DNA from: Blastocatellia bacterium
GTDB taxonomy: Bacteria; Acidobacteriota; Blastocatellia; UBA7656
NCBI GenBank assembly: GCA_963765495.1
Contig: CAVXWP010000009.1
Span: forward strand, 96,001-160,000
Direction: 5' to 3'
Length of the DNA stretch: 64,000 bases
Below, piece after piece: positions 20,626 to 31,924 of this stretch (positions are counted from its first letter, which is position 1; every line of letters begins with the position of its first letter). Made by a program: the position numbers and the translations under genes. Below the pieces are notes generated by a model. The model saw only the letters and a list, made by a program, of their open reading frames with translations, did not search any database and was not told the origin of the DNA.

Positions 20626-22194
20626 ATGGTCACACCTACTCACGAAAAAGAATACGCCTCCACTGATAATCTTGATTTATTGCTGAACGTACTTCCGCCG
20701 CATATTCGAGAAGCACTCTTCAGCGCAGGCAAGCCCGATATGCTGGTCGAAGTCGTGCTCGATCTCGGTCGCCAGCCCGAAGCCCGCTATCCGGGTCGTG
20801 CCGTTTATTTGAACGATTCGCTTGTTTCGCGCGAAGACATTCAATATGTCGAAAGCCGCGTAGGCCATTTCACACGCGACAACCGCGCAGGCATCGAGCG
20901 TACGCTGCATCGCATCTCGGCCATGCGTAATCGCCTCGGCGAAATCGTAGGTCTCACCTGCCGCGTGGGCCGCGCTATTTACGGCACGGTTGACATAATC
21001 AGAGATATAGTGGAATCGGGCAAGAGCCTTTTGTTGATGGGCAAACCCGGTGTAGGTAAAACCACTCTGTTGCGCGAAGCCGCGCGCGTGCTGGCCGATG
21101 ATCTGGAAAAACGTGTCATAGTCGTTGACACATCAAACGAGATCGCGGGCGACGGCGATGTGCCTCATCCCGGCATAGGCAGGGCGCGGCGAATGCAGGT
21201 TCCCGACCCCGAATACCAGCACGCCGTGATGATCGAAGCCGTAGAAAATCACATGCCCGAAGTGATCGTTATCGACGAGATAGGAACCGCGCAAGAGGCG
21301 CTTGCCGCGCGCACCATCGCCGAACGCGGAGTGCAACTCATAGCCACGGTTCACGGCAATACGCTCGAAAATCTCATGCTCAATCCCACACTCTCGGACC
21401 TCGTGGGAGGCATTCAGCCCGTCACGCTCTCGGACGAAGAGGCGCGCCGTCGCGGAACTCAAAAGACCGTGCTCGAACGCAAAGCGCCTCCCACCTTCGA
21501 TGTATTGATAGAGATTCAGGACAAAGACCGGCTGGCCATTTATCAGGACGTGGCCGAAGCCGTGGATTACATGCTTCGAGGCTACATCCCGAGCACGGAG
21601 ATCCGCGAGCGCCACGCAGACGGCGAAGTTACAATCACGCAACCCGAGATGGAAACGCGCGAAGGTTCATCCATGCCTTTTGCGGGCATCGAGCGTCCGA
21701 CCCGGCGAGGCGAACAATCGCAGAGGAAAAAAGGCAAGACTTTGCGAATTTATCCTTACGCGCTGAGCCGCGAAAGACTGGAAAGAGCTATCGCTGATCT
21801 GGGTGTTCCGGCAGCGATCACGACCGACATCAACGAGGCCGACGTTTTACTCACCTTGAAGTCGCACGCGAAACGGCAGTCGCAAAAGCTGCGCGAGGCG
21901 CGAGGCAGAAATATCGAGGTCCACGTCATTCGCAGCAACACGCTGACGCAGATGGAGAACTTCCTGCGCGATATATTCGGCAAGGCGTTCTATACAGAAG
22001 GCGAAGACGCGGGGATGCAGGAGGTCGAAGACGCGGTGATCGAAGTCGTCGAAAGCCGCCGCCCCGTCGAGCTATCGCCTCAGCCCCGACACATTCGCAG
22101 GATGCAGCACCTCTATATCGAACGCAGCGGGCTGCAATCGGAAAGCAAGGGACAGGAACCCCTGCGCCGCATCGTCGTCTATCCGAATCTTTAA
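20626..22194 (+). CDS. Ycf45/SpoIIIAA-like AAA ATPase with C-terminal R3H domain
   Basis: 'NRAGIERTLHRIS', Walker A 'GKPGVGKTT', 'EAVENHMPEVIVIDEIG', R3H 'IRRMQH'. Confidence 0.92.
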   Translation: MVTPTHEKEYASTDNLDLLLNVLPPHIREALFSAGKPDMLVEVVLDLGRQPEARYPGRAVYLNDSLVSREDIQYVESRVGHFTRDNRAGIERTLHRISAMRNRLGEIVGLTCRVGRAIYGTVDIIRDIVESGKSLLLMGKPGVGKTTLLREAARVLADDLEKRVIVVDTSNEIAGDGDVPHPGIGRARRMQVPDPEYQHAVMIEAVENHMPEVIVIDEIGTAQEALAARTIAERGVQLIATVHGNTLENLMLNPTLSDLVGGIQPVTLSDEEARRRGTQKTVLERKAPPTFDVLIEIQDKDRLAIYQDVAEAVDYMLRGYIPSTEIRERHADGEVTITQPEMETREGSSMPFAGIERPTRRGEQSQRKKGKTLRIYPYALSRERLERAIADLGVPAAITTDINEADVLLTLKSHAKRQSQKLREARGRNIEVHVIRSNTLTQMENFLRDIFGKAFYTEGEDAGMQEVEDAVIEVVESRRPVELSPQPRHIRRMQHLYIERSGLQSESKGQEPLRRIVVYPNL

Positions 22195-22197
22195 ATA

Positions 22198-22293
22198 GTG
22201 ATCCGTGATTAGCCTGACTTACAAGCTGACTATTACAAGCAATTCCCTTTAGAATCACGCATCACACATTACGGTTCTCGCTTCTCGCTTCAC
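22198..22293. repeat. Degenerate heptamer-armed inverted repeat (CGTGAT family)
   Basis: GTGATCCGTGATT ... AATCACGCATCACACATTACG, between convergent genes. Confidence 0.65.
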
Positions 22294-24218
22294 TCACCCT
22301 TCTCTGCGCCTTTGAGTTTTTCTTCAAACAGCCGGGCCGAGATGCTCAGGAAATCATGGGCAGTAAGTATGCCTACAAGTCGGTAGCCTTCGACTACGGG
22401 AAGACAGCCTATCTGACGGTTTCGCATAAGCTCGATGGCTTCGAGAGTGGGGGTGTCTGAAGTGACCGTGACGGGGTCTGTCTTCATCAGGCTGCTCACG
22501 AGGACCGGCTGATCTGGGCCCGGCGTTTTACCTCGCGCAAGTAACTTCAGCAGATCGCGATGAGACAGGATGCCTACGAGCCGCCCCTGATCGTCTTCGA
22601 CGGGGACGTGGCGGACGTGCTTCCACTGCATCACGCTTGCGGCCAGATCGACAAGATCGCCCGGTCTGACGGTAAACAGATCCGTAACCATGTACTGGCC
22701 TACGGTCTGGTAACTGTGCGGCCAATCCTGCATATCCTTCAACTCGGCCAGAGGCCAGCGATGGACAGGTTCATCCACCTTCTGATTTTCGAGCATTGCA
22801 GAGGCCAGCGTGCTAAAGCGTATCTCGCGTGTTGAATGATTATCCATCCCGGCAAGCGATTGCAGCATCCACTGCGCGCCGGTCTGACCGCTCGAGACCC
22901 TATCTTCTATCGTGCCAAGATAACGGCTGATGTCTTCGGCGGGGATGCCAGCAGATTTAAGCCCCTCACGCGCCAAAGGGAGCAGGCGTTTGAGGATGAG
23001 CGCAGCAGCCGAATGAGATTGCCCGCCCGCCCAGTTGAATTGTGCCTTGAGTCCGTGACGGGCGGCGGCAAAGAAATTATCTTTGGCATCGTCGAAAGAC
23101 ATAATCCGATCGGCGCTGCCGTATTCCTCCGGCATCGCTCGCATAAGCCCGATAAAGAAGGCCGCGTTTGCTACCTCATCGAGAATGGTCGGCCCCGAAG
23201 GGAGCGCGCGATTCTCGATTCTCAGATGAGGGCGGCCCTCGATTATGCCGTAACACGGGCGGTTCCATCGCCAGACCGTGCCGTTGTGAAGACGCAACGC
23301 CGAAAGAAGCGGGGCCTCGCCCCGGTCGAGCACCTGCATCGGGTCTTCATCGAGTTTGCCCGACAGGATTACGCGGAATCGGGCTATGTCTTCGCGAAAG
23401 ACTTCCAGAATGGATTCGCTGATCCAATCATCCCCGAAACTGACTCGGGTCGGACGGCCTCTGGCAAGGTGTGCGCTTGAGCGCTCGTCTACGGAGTGCT
23501 GAAACAGCGCCACGCGGGTCTCATGCCAGAGCCTGTGGCTCAGAAGTACGGGCGAGTTGACAGCCGCCGCAAGGACCGGCCCCGTTATCGCCTGAGCCAG
23601 ATTGTACATCCGGGCAAACTCTTTGGGGCCGATTTGCAGATGTACCTGAAAGCTCGTATTGCAGGATTCGAGCAGAACGTTGTCGTGTGTGACCTGTAGC
23701 TCGTCGAGTCCCTTCATGTGGACCTGGAAACTGCCGCCGCGCAGTTGAGTGAGCGCCCTGTCGATTTCGCGATAACGCGGGATAGGGGTCATGTTTTCCA
23801 GCGTCAAATCCGATTGATGAAGCGTAGGCAAAATCCCCGCGAGCAACACATCGGCCCCGCTCTCGGCAGCCGCTTCACGCACGAGCCCTATTACTGCGCG
23901 CATCTCCTGTTCCATCATGTGAAAACATCGGCCTTCGAGCGAGCGCGGAGTCAGATTGGCTTCAAGATTGAACCGGGCAATTTCGGTCGTGAGCCGGGGG
24001 TCGTTTATCCGTTTGAGCACTTCCATCGCTACGGGAGCGGGTCGCATACCGGCGTCTACCAGAAACATCTCCTGCTCGCCGCCGATGCGCTGGACCCCCG
24101 ACTCAAATATGCCTGTCTCAAGCATTCGCTCCATCGCGCAAACATCCGCGAGAAGCGCCTTCATGAATGCGTTTTGCCTCTGAGTATCCGTTGCTGCTGA
24201 GATCTGATGTTCACCCAT
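22290..24218 (-). CDS. Glutamate--cysteine ligase (GCS2) family protein with C-terminal CBS pair
   Basis: '[11 protein letters not shown]', '[11 protein letters not shown]', '[13 protein letters not shown]', '[12 protein letters not shown]', and two CBS repeats 'VRHVPVED' and 'IGCLPVVE'. Confidence 0.9.
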   Translation of the reverse strand: MGEHQISAATDTQRQNAFMKALLADVCAMERMLETGIFESGVQRIGGEQEMFLVDAGMRPAPVAMEVLKRINDPRLTTEIARFNLEANLTPRSLEGRCFHMMEQEMRAVIGLVREAAAESGADVLLAGILPTLHQSDLTLENMTPIPRYREIDRALTQLRGGSFQVHMKGLDELQVTHDNVLLESCNTSFQVHLQIGPKEFARMYNLAQAITGPVLAAAVNSPVLLSHRLWHETRVALFQHSVDERSSAHLARGRPTRVSFGDDWISESILEVFREDIARFRVILSGKLDEDPMQVLDRGEAPLLSALRLHNGTVWRWNRPCYGIIEGRPHLRIENRALPSGPTILDEVANAAFFIGLMRAMPEEYGSADRIMSFDDAKDNFFAAARHGLKAQFNWAGGQSHSAAALILKRLLPLAREGLKSAGIPAEDISRYLGTIEDRVSSGQTGAQWMLQSLAGMDNHSTREIRFSTLASAMLENQKVDEPVHRWPLAELKDMQDWPHSYQTVGQYMVTDLFTVRPGDLVDLAASVMQWKHVRHVPVEDDQGRLVGILSHRDLLKLLARGKTPGPDQPVLVSSLMKTDPVTVTSDTPTLEAIELMRNRQIGCLPVVEGYRLVGILTAHDFLSISARLFEEKLKGAEKGE

Positions 24219-24392
24219 TTTATGAACTCTCCAACTCGGGCTGGATGCCGAATTTTTCAGTTCGTCCAATATGTCGTGAGAATCGAGTGCCTCATAATAT
24301 ATGCATGTTCTATCGCTCGATTGATAAACATACTATGTCCATACTATAGATAAATCCTTTCCCGGTCCAATATGACAGCAGTCACGAGAGGT

Positions 24393-24408
24393 TGTGACAG
24401 GCGTCACA
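24393..24408. promoter_or_regulatory. CRP/FNR-family-like binding site
   Basis: Perfect TGTGA-N6-TCACA (TGTGAcaggcgTCACA), about 175 bp upstream of the GCS2-CBS start. Confidence 0.5.
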
Positions 24409-24469
24409 CGAGGCTGCTCAAAGTAGAATAAATCCGAGATTTAGGCGGTCGGGACGAAAGCGGAGATGA

Positions 24470-25330
24470 TCATTTGGCGGGGGTAAAGGCATCCCAGTCA
24501 TAGGTGATGCCAAGAGCAAAACCGGTTCGAGGCGCGCGGTCCGACAGTCCGAATATTCCTGCCGCGTTCCAGCGAAGGCCGAGCGCACGCAATTGCGTGC
24601 CTATGCGCGCCTCTGAAAAATCCTCCGTACCCAGCGGAGCGTGCTTTCGAGTCGAATGAAAACCGTTGACCTCGCCTACGATGTTGAAGCGGTCGGAGAC
24701 CGTATAGATGCCCGCCAGCCCGTAAAGCAAAACATCGTTTTGCGTAAACTCGCTGAGCGGGGCTTCGAGTATTCCTATTCCCACATTGCCAAAGACGTTG
24801 AGTTTATCCGAGTGGAAACGCTTTCCGGCCGTTATCATTCCAAAGAAATTCGTGGTATTCGAGCCGATGCCGCGCGCCTGATCCGAGTTTGGCAACTGTA
24901 CGCCGAAACGAAAGCCGACAGCGGGCGTGCGAGCGGTCTCGTTGCGCAGTTTCATCTTCATCCAGAGCGTGACATCGCCCGAATCATTTGTGTCGGCGGG
25001 ATTGCCGCCCAGCTTCAGATCAATGGGCGGAGGCGTGGTGCCTTTAATCGAGAGGAGGTTTTGAACGGTCCACTCGATCTGGAATTCGACGTTCGGAGCC
25101 ATGCCAAAGCTCAAACGGGTATCGGCCAGCTTAACCAGATCGCCCCTGAGACCGGAAAGCGGGAATTTCTGATCCTGAAGAAACTCAAACCCGGATTCGA
25201 TGCGAATGACTCCCGGTTTGATTATATCAACGTCTTCGGTGAGCAGCGGTCTTTGCTGTGCCGCAGCTATCAGCGCGAACACAGGCAACAGGAGCGTGGC
25301 CAGCAATAATCTTCCGGGCCTCAAGGTCAT
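24470..25330 (-). CDS. Secreted/outer-membrane beta-barrel-like hypothetical protein
   Basis: Signal peptide ending 'AAAQQRPLLTED', alternating amphipathic strands, aromatic C-terminus. Confidence 0.7.
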   Translation of the reverse strand: MTLRPGRLLLATLLLPVFALIAAAQQRPLLTEDVDIIKPGVIRIESGFEFLQDQKFPLSGLRGDLVKLADTRLSFGMAPNVEFQIEWTVQNLLSIKGTTPPPIDLKLGGNPADTNDSGDVTLWMKMKLRNETARTPAVGFRFGVQLPNSDQARGIGSNTTNFFGMITAGKRFHSDKLNVFGNVGIGILEAPLSEFTQNDVLLYGLAGIYTVSDRFNIVGEVNGFHSTRKHAPLGTEDFSEARIGTQLRALGLRWNAAGIFGLSDRAPRTGFALGITYDWDAFTPAK

Positions 25331-25425
25331 AAAGATAAACTCCGCCGGGTCTTTCAACGGCCGCTGACCCGTGGGGCGATTTTATGGACCGACAGGCGCT
25401 TTGTCAATCGGAAGCACCCGCCGAC

Positions 25426-25581
25426 CAGGGCTATTGCAAAGTCGAGCAAAAATGTAGGGGCAGCCCTTGTGGCTGCCCGAATCGCGCGTAAGCGCGATGA
25501 CAGTCATCGCCCTTCGGGCGATCCGGGCAGGGACAAGCCCTGCCCCTACCATACATGTCAAGCTACTTTGCAATAGCCCTG
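25426..25581. mobile_element. 156-bp MITE with 17-bp TIRs and a 10-bp target-site duplication
   Basis: TIR CAGGGCTATTGCAAAGT / ACTTTGCAATAGCCCTG (perfect), flanked by ACCCGCCGAC at 25416-25425 and 25582-25591. Confidence 0.92.
25454..25549. repeat. GTAG-type REP doublet (REPIN-like) inside the MITE
   Basis: GTAGGGGCAGCCCTTGTGGCTGCCC ... GGGCAGGGACAAGCCCTGCCCCTAC, enclosing two small hairpins. Confidence 0.8.
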
Positions 25582-25797
25582 ACCCGCCGACAGCTAACTT
25601 GTTTTGAATCGGCTTATGCGATAGAGTTAGTGACTCAAAAATTGATGGCGGATTGTTATAGCCGGATCGAACTTGTCAGGCATTTTTTTCGGGTTAGCCC
25701 CTGGTTTACATAAGATTTTCCTGTCTCGCGCGCGTGGCGCAAACATCCAGGCAAATCGAATTATACGATTGAATCGCGATGGTAAGGAGTTTTCTTG

Positions 25798-28700
25798 ATG
25801 AGAGCAGTAATAGTCAGGATTTCAGCAATAGCTTTGTTGCTGGTCGGTGTGGCGCTCGCAGGCACGATACCAATTTTTTCCGATAACGGAGCGTCGCAAC
25901 TCAGGCGTCAGGGTGAAGGCGGGCAGGCGGAGCAGACGCGCACCAGACAGCACGCGGCTCGTTCACCCCTCTCTTATCGCAGCCCCGGCTCGTCTCATAA
26001 GATCGTCGTGCGCGCAGACGATAAGGAGATCGAAAACCGAATACTCTCATCGGGCGCTGCCCGCAAAGTTCGCAAGTATAACCAGTATACGCTTATCGAA
26101 GTCGATGACGGCGCGATTCGCTCTCTAAATTCAAATACGCTCGAAGGCGCGCAATTCAGGGATGATCTGAATCTGATATTTACGCGCCGAGGCCAGATTG
26201 ATACGACCGCCCCCGAGCCTGACATCAAACCCGAGCTTCGCCAGCCTGCGGGTCTCGCGCATTCGCTTCATCTGGTCCAGCTCTTTGGGCCTCCGACAAA
26301 TGATTCCCTGCGCGCGCTCGAAACCACGGGGGCAAAGATCGTCTCTTACATACCAAACAATGCTTATCTCGTCTGGGCTTCTCCCGCACAGGTAGAGGCG
26401 CTAGGCAAGGAATCCGATATCGTGCAGTGGGACGGCCCTTTTCATCCAGCTTATAAGCTCGACCCGCGCATCAATCTCGATTCCAGACAGCAGGTCAGGG
26501 TTTCAATTGCGGTCCTCGATTCTCCCGAAGCCGCCGAAACCGTGGCTCGCATCAGCGCCGCCTCAAACAAGAATTTGATGCAGGCGTTCGCCTCAGGCGG
26601 CGCTATCCACCTGAAGATGCTCGTTGATCCTGCGAAGCTTGCGGATATGGCTCGCATCGCCGATGTTCTGGCCATTGAGCCGTGGCCGGAAATGAAATTG
26701 AAGGATGAGCGCGTCAATCAGATCGTAGCGGGCGCGCTTTCGGAAGAGATTGTAAACAGCATCAATGTAGGCCGCCCTTCGACGCCGGGATTTCTCTCGT
26801 TTTTGAGCGCCAGAGGGTTTGGCTCGACCTTTGATTTCGCGATTGATATCGCGGATACGGGACTCGATATAGGCTCGGGCGACAAGACAAGAGTGCACAG
26901 AGATTTCCTCGATATCGCGGGTAGCTCTCGCGTCGCTTATCTGAACGATCTGACCAGTGACGCTTCATTTCACCCCAACAACCCGGAGATTCTCCCGGCG
27001 CACGACACCATAGGGCACGGGACGATAAACGCTTCCATTGCGGGCGGCTACAATACGAACGCCTCCGCCGATTTCAGAGACCCGCTCGGTTTCCAATACG
27101 GTCTGGGCGTCGCCCCATACGCCCGAATAGGCATCTCGAAGATATTCGATGATGACGGTGACTTCGGCATCGGCACTTCCTATTTCTCTTACATCACCTC
27201 GGCCTATCGTAGAGGCGCTCGCATATCGAGCAATAGCTGGGGAGGCGATTGCGATACGGGCTTTTGCAACCTTTACACCGACGACGCGGCCATATACGAC
27301 TCGATAGTAAGAGACGCCGACCCCGAGGCGTTCGGCAATCAGGAATTGACCGTCATCTTTGCGGCGGGCAATGACGGGTTTTCCGGGAACAACACTATAG
27401 GCATACCGGCCACGGCGAAAAACATAATTACCGTGGGCGCAAGCGAGAGCTTTCGCTCAAGCGATGCCGACGGCAAGAAATTCACCGACGGCTGCGGGGT
27501 CACCCCGGAGTCTGCCGATAACGCGCTCGACATATCAGGATTTTCATCCGGCGGGCCGGTTCAGGACGGACGCGCAAAACCCGACCTCGTAGCGCCGGGC
27601 TCGCACGTTACCGGCGCGGCCTCGCAAGACCCGGTATACGCGACTCTGGCCCCTGATCTGCTCGGCGTGTGCAACCGCTATTTCCCCGAAGGTCAGACTC
27701 TCTACTCGCTCTCGTCGGGCACAAGCCATTCGACGCCTGTCGTAGCGGGAGGGGCGGCGCTCGGGTTCCAGTGGTTGAAAACAAGCCTGGGGACGGAGCC
27801 AAGCCCCGCTCTCGTGAAGGCATTCATGCTCAATTCGACTTCCTATATGACCGGTCATCTTGCCGGGGATGATCTTCCCGGCGTGCGGCAGGGTTGGGGA
27901 TTGCTCGATCTGGCAAGGATGTTTGACACAACGGATCGGATGATATTTGATCAATCTCCCTCGCGCACCTTTACCGAAAGCGGTGGCGCGCCCTTTATCG
28001 CTACGGGGATAATAACCGATCCGACAAAAGAATTCCGCGTGATGCTGGCCTGGACCGACCCGCCCGGCAACGCATCTGTCAACGCGCCCTACATCAATCA
28101 GTTGAACCTTGAGGTAGTAGTCGGCGGCGTAGTCTATCAGGCCAATAACTTCTCGGGCGCGTATTCGAAGCCGGGCGGGCAAACCGATATTCTCAACAAC
28201 GTACAGGGAGTCCGTTTACCGCCGGGCGTAACCGGCCCGTTTGTCGTGCGCGTGCGGCCCACGGTGATTGCCGGGAATGGAGTGCCTGGAAACAATTTCC
28301 CGCTCGATCAGGATTTCGCTCTGGTTGTCACTAACGGACGCGAGAAGGCGGTCCCGGTGCTTACTATAGAAGCGGGCGACGGGGTATCGAAAGGCATCAA
28401 CATCACGCACCCAAACCAACACCAGGACGCGGCGCTCATCCCCGGAGAGTCTGTCTCGATTTCGGTGACGGTGAGAAATGAATCCGCTACGGCGGCTCAT
28501 ATCTCTTCGGCTACTCTTCGGCTCGGAAACGGCGCTCCGGCAGGGGCTGCTTTCCCTGTTATTGCGGGCGGCCAGTCGGCGGCAAACACATTGCCGTTCC
28601 AGATTCAGGTGCCGTCGAATCTGGGTTGCGGGTCGATTGCGAGCTTGCAGTTGAATCTTGAAACCGATGAAGGAAGGGTGAGCCTGCCGGTCCTCATAAG

Positions 28701-29352
28701 AGTTGGAGCAGAGACAACCGCGAATGCGGTCCTGCTTCAAGACGATGTTGACAGCGGGCTCGTGGTCTGGAAATTCAAGAAGGGCTTCTTTCCGACTCAG
28801 ACGGTCGGCAACAGCGGGAGAAGCTCTTATCACGTAGAGGATTCGGGACTTTTACAAGCCACCCGGCTGGGCCTTTTAATATTGAAAAAGAAGGTAAAAA
28901 TCCCACAAAATGCCGGTAATGTTCGCCTGTCGTTTTTTCACATCTACAATTTCGAGCCGGGTTATGACGGAGGGGCGCTCGAAATATCCACCGACAACGG
29001 CAAGAACTGGGAAGACCTCGGCTCGCGCATAATCGTAGGCGGATATGACGGAAAACTGACATCCTCATCGGATAATCCTCTTGGCGACCGTTTCGCGTGG
29101 ACCGCAAGAGGATTGCCGGGAGTCTTCAGACAGGTCGTCGTCAATCTGGATGATTTCGCAGGCAAAAACATAAAGATACGTTTCCTCGGCGGATTCGATG
29201 CCGCCGTGGGATCACTCGAAGGGTACACCGGCTGGTACATAGATGATATTCGGATCAGCGCCTCTCAGTTCGCTTGCAACGCATCTCAGTCTGTCGGCGC
29301 AGCGAGAGAGTTTTCACATAAGCGTCTTCCAAGGCTGGTCGTTACTCAATAG
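25798..29352 (+). CDS. Secreted S8 (subtilisin-like) serine protease with C-terminal beta-rich domains
   Basis: Signal peptide; catalytic D 'IADTG', H 'GHGT', oxyanion N 'FAAGN', S 'SGTSHSTP'; 'KPDLVAPG'; C-terminal 'GWYIDDI'. Confidence 0.94.
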   Translation: MRAVIVRISAIALLLVGVALAGTIPIFSDNGASQLRRQGEGGQAEQTRTRQHAARSPLSYRSPGSSHKIVVRADDKEIENRILSSGAARKVRKYNQYTLIEVDDGAIRSLNSNTLEGAQFRDDLNLIFTRRGQIDTTAPEPDIKPELRQPAGLAHSLHLVQLFGPPTNDSLRALETTGAKIVSYIPNNAYLVWASPAQVEALGKESDIVQWDGPFHPAYKLDPRINLDSRQQVRVSIAVLDSPEAAETVARISAASNKNLMQAFASGGAIHLKMLVDPAKLADMARIADVLAIEPWPEMKLKDERVNQIVAGALSEEIVNSINVGRPSTPGFLSFLSARGFGSTFDFAIDIADTGLDIGSGDKTRVHRDFLDIAGSSRVAYLNDLTSDASFHPNNPEILPAHDTIGHGTINASIAGGYNTNASADFRDPLGFQYGLGVAPYARIGISKIFDDDGDFGIGTSYFSYITSAYRRGARISSNSWGGDCDTGFCNLYTDDAAIYDSIVRDADPEAFGNQELTVIFAAGNDGFSGNNTIGIPATAKNIITVGASESFRSSDADGKKFTDGCGVTPESADNALDISGFSSGGPVQDGRAKPDLVAPGSHVTGAASQDPVYATLAPDLLGVCNRYFPEGQTLYSLSSGTSHSTPVVAGGAALGFQWLKTSLGTEPSPALVKAFMLNSTSYMTGHLAGDDLPGVRQGWGLLDLARMFDTTDRMIFDQSPSRTFTESGGAPFIATGIITDPTKEFRVMLAWTDPPGNASVNAPYINQLNLEVVVGGVVYQANNFSGAYSKPGGQTDILNNVQGVRLPPGVTGPFVVRVRPTVIAGNGVPGNNFPLDQDFALVVTNGREKAVPVLTIEAGDGVSKGINITHPNQHQDAALIPGESVSISVTVRNESATAAHISSATLRLGNGAPAGAAFPVIAGGQSAANTLPFQIQVPSNLGCGSIASLQLNLETDEGRVSLPVLIRVGAETTANAVLLQDDVDSGLVVWKFKKGFFPTQTVGNSGRSSYHVEDSGLLQATRLGLLILKKKVKIPQNAGNVRLSFFHIYNFEPGYDGGALEISTDNGKNWEDLGSRIIVGGYDGKLTSSSDNPLGDRFAWTARGLPGVFRQVVVNLDDFAGKNIKIRFLGGFDAAVGSLEGYTGWYIDDIRISASQFACNASQSVGAAREFSHKRLPRLVVTQ

Positions 29353-29367
29353 CCGTATCTTCAGAAA

Positions 29368-29458
29368 GTTGGAAAATTTGCCACAGAGACGCCGCAAATA
29401 CAGAGATGTTTTATACTCTATCCTCTGTGTCTGCGGTGCCTCTGTGGCTATTTTCAAC
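29368..29458. repeat. 9-mer-type (CACAGAG / CTCTGTG) inverted-repeat element
   Basis: GTTGGAAAATTTGCCACAGAGACGCCGC..ACAGAG pairs with CTCTGTGTCTGCGGTGCCTCTGTGGCTATTTTCAAC. Confidence 0.8.
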
Positions 29459-29757
29459 ACAGTCTTTCATAATTAGAGACACGCCCCGGTTTTTATGGTA
29501 ACATCCAGGCTGTAGCGGCGCAGGTGCCGGTCCGGCGGCTGCCGACACACCGGAGTCTTTGATCTTCTTTCGTCAGCCCCCGTAAAAAATAGCACCCGCT
29601 GAGATTCGAGCCTTGAATGCTCAGGTTTCAGCCCTGTTTCGGCGCTTAACCTTGCGCCCTCGAAAAAGTTGGGTTAGGCTGCTTTCGGCCCTGAACTGAG
29701 ATGATTGTTATTGAATCGAGACTCGATCACCGGCTGAGGCAAATAGAGGGAAATCAC

Positions 29758-31669
29758 ATGACAAGCAGAATCTTACTCGCTGACGACAGCATAACCATAC
29801 AAAAGGTTGTGAATCTCACTTTTGCCGACGAGGGGATAGAAGTGGTTTCGGTCAGCAACGGAGAAATGGCTGAACGCAGAATGGGTGAAATCAACCCCGA
29901 CCTCGTGCTTGCAGACATATTCATGCCGGGCAAGAACGGATACGAGTTGTGCGAGTACATAAAAGAAAGCTCTGAATTCCACGACGTGCCGGTTGTTTTG
30001 CTCGTAGGCGCTTTCGAGCCTTTCGATCAGAGCGAGGCTCGGCGCGTCCGCGCCGACGGCCATCTTACCAAGCCGTTCGAAACGCGAACCCTGGTTGAAA
30101 CGGTTCGCAGTCTCATAGAGAAAAACGCCAAACCGCAAACCGATAGTCTCGCTTCGCTGCCGCCGTCAAGAAATGATGATCGCGAGGGCGAGTCGCCCGA
30201 AAAGCCTTTCGAAGCCGGAGCGATCAAGACGCCCCGCTTAAACATAGACCTTTCAGCCATGACCGATTCCTGGACGCCGCAGGAGACAGCCGAATTGCGC
30301 GGAAACGAGAGCGCCACAACCTCCACTATGGATGCGTTGAACGATGCTTCCCCGCTCGATATCGATTATTCCATGCCGTCATCGTCCGACACGGAATTCT
30401 CCGGGTTTGAGACCCGAACCCAGCAATCGATGGAGACTGTTGAGTTGTCGTCGCTGATTGAGGATGATTCGTTTCCACACGGTCAGACTTTAGAGATGAA
30501 CGTCTCGACTCAAACCGAGCCCTCTTATCTGGACGCGCAAAACAACACCGATAGCGGACGGCTCAATCTGCCTGTGAACAATTCTGCGCTTGATGCCGAA
30601 GAGAACCACGAATGGGAGGAGCGACGGATTACCTCGCCTCTCGAACCCGACTTTGGCGATGAAGGCATGGTTTTGGATTTCGAGAAGGTGGACGAACCCG
30701 ATTCCCACCAGCCGGAAAATATTGTCTCTTTCGATCTTGAAACCGAGCCGCCATCCAAACAGGCGAGCGGTGTTGAACCCGGCTTCGCCACACAAGAGTC
30801 GAATGAGTACGGCAATCAGCAGATTGTGGAACCCGAAGCGGTTATTGCAAGCGACGAATCGTCTCAGCAACAGACAGGGTTTGAGTTGAGTTTCGATACA
30901 AACACGGGATATTCGGGTGAGAGAGCAGCATCCTTTGCCTCCTCTTCACTGTTTACCGACGAAGAGCCTCTGGGCGACCTGATCGACATGGATAAGGCGC
31001 AAGAGATGGCTGCCGGTCAGGAAGAAGGGCGGGTTTTTGAGGTGTTGCCTGCTGCGGAGGCGAGCCTTTCCGGTCTGAATGAACAATACTTAGCGGGTTC
31101 CGAAGACGCGGGGAGCGAATCTTTCACCACAGACTCCGGGTCGGAGCCATCGAAGGAAACGTCTCTTGAGGCTAAGACGGCCTCCGCCCCGGCAGATGAA
31201 AAAATCGGATTCACTACACAGGAGATGGCGACTCCAGATCACCGAGAGTTTATATCGGGCACGCTTCTTGGCTCGACCTCTCCTTTTGAAATTGTCGAAC
31301 CGGAAGCGGAGCAGAAGGAAGCCGATACGGTCGAGCAGTTCAAGTCTTCTGAGATGTGGACCGAAGAAGAGATGCACTTTACGCCTATCGACATTGAAGA
31401 CGCGCCTTTGGGCGAGGAACCGGCATTTCATCATTCGCCGGGCGCGACAGAGTCCGAGCAGGAATTCACATCGTCGGGCGCGCATATGTCAGCCGACAGG
31501 CCCACCCGAGCGGCGGATATGTCACCGGATCTCCTCGACGAGATAGTGCGCCGCGTGGTGGCCGAGATCAGCGATTCGGTCGTGCGCGAAATAGCATGGG
31601 AAGTCGTGCCCGATTGCGTCGAGCGGGTAGTCGAAAAACTGGCGCGCGAGTCCCTGTCCAAACGCATTT

Positions 31670-31671
<2 letters not shown>
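29758..31671 (+). CDS. RomR-like response regulator (receiver + long acidic linker + C-terminal helical domain)
   Basis: 'ILLADDSITIQKVV', 'LADIFMPGKNG', about 470 aa of acidic low-complexity linker, C-terminal 'VVREIAWEVVPDCVERVV'; directly upstream of valS. Confidence 0.8.
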
Positions 31672-31843
<172 letters not shown>

Positions 31844-31924
31844 ACCCAACAATCCCTCTTAATTTTAGCGATGAATCTCCTGTTTTGTGTGACAGGAGAT
31901 AATCTCTCAGGCGATAATGACCCT

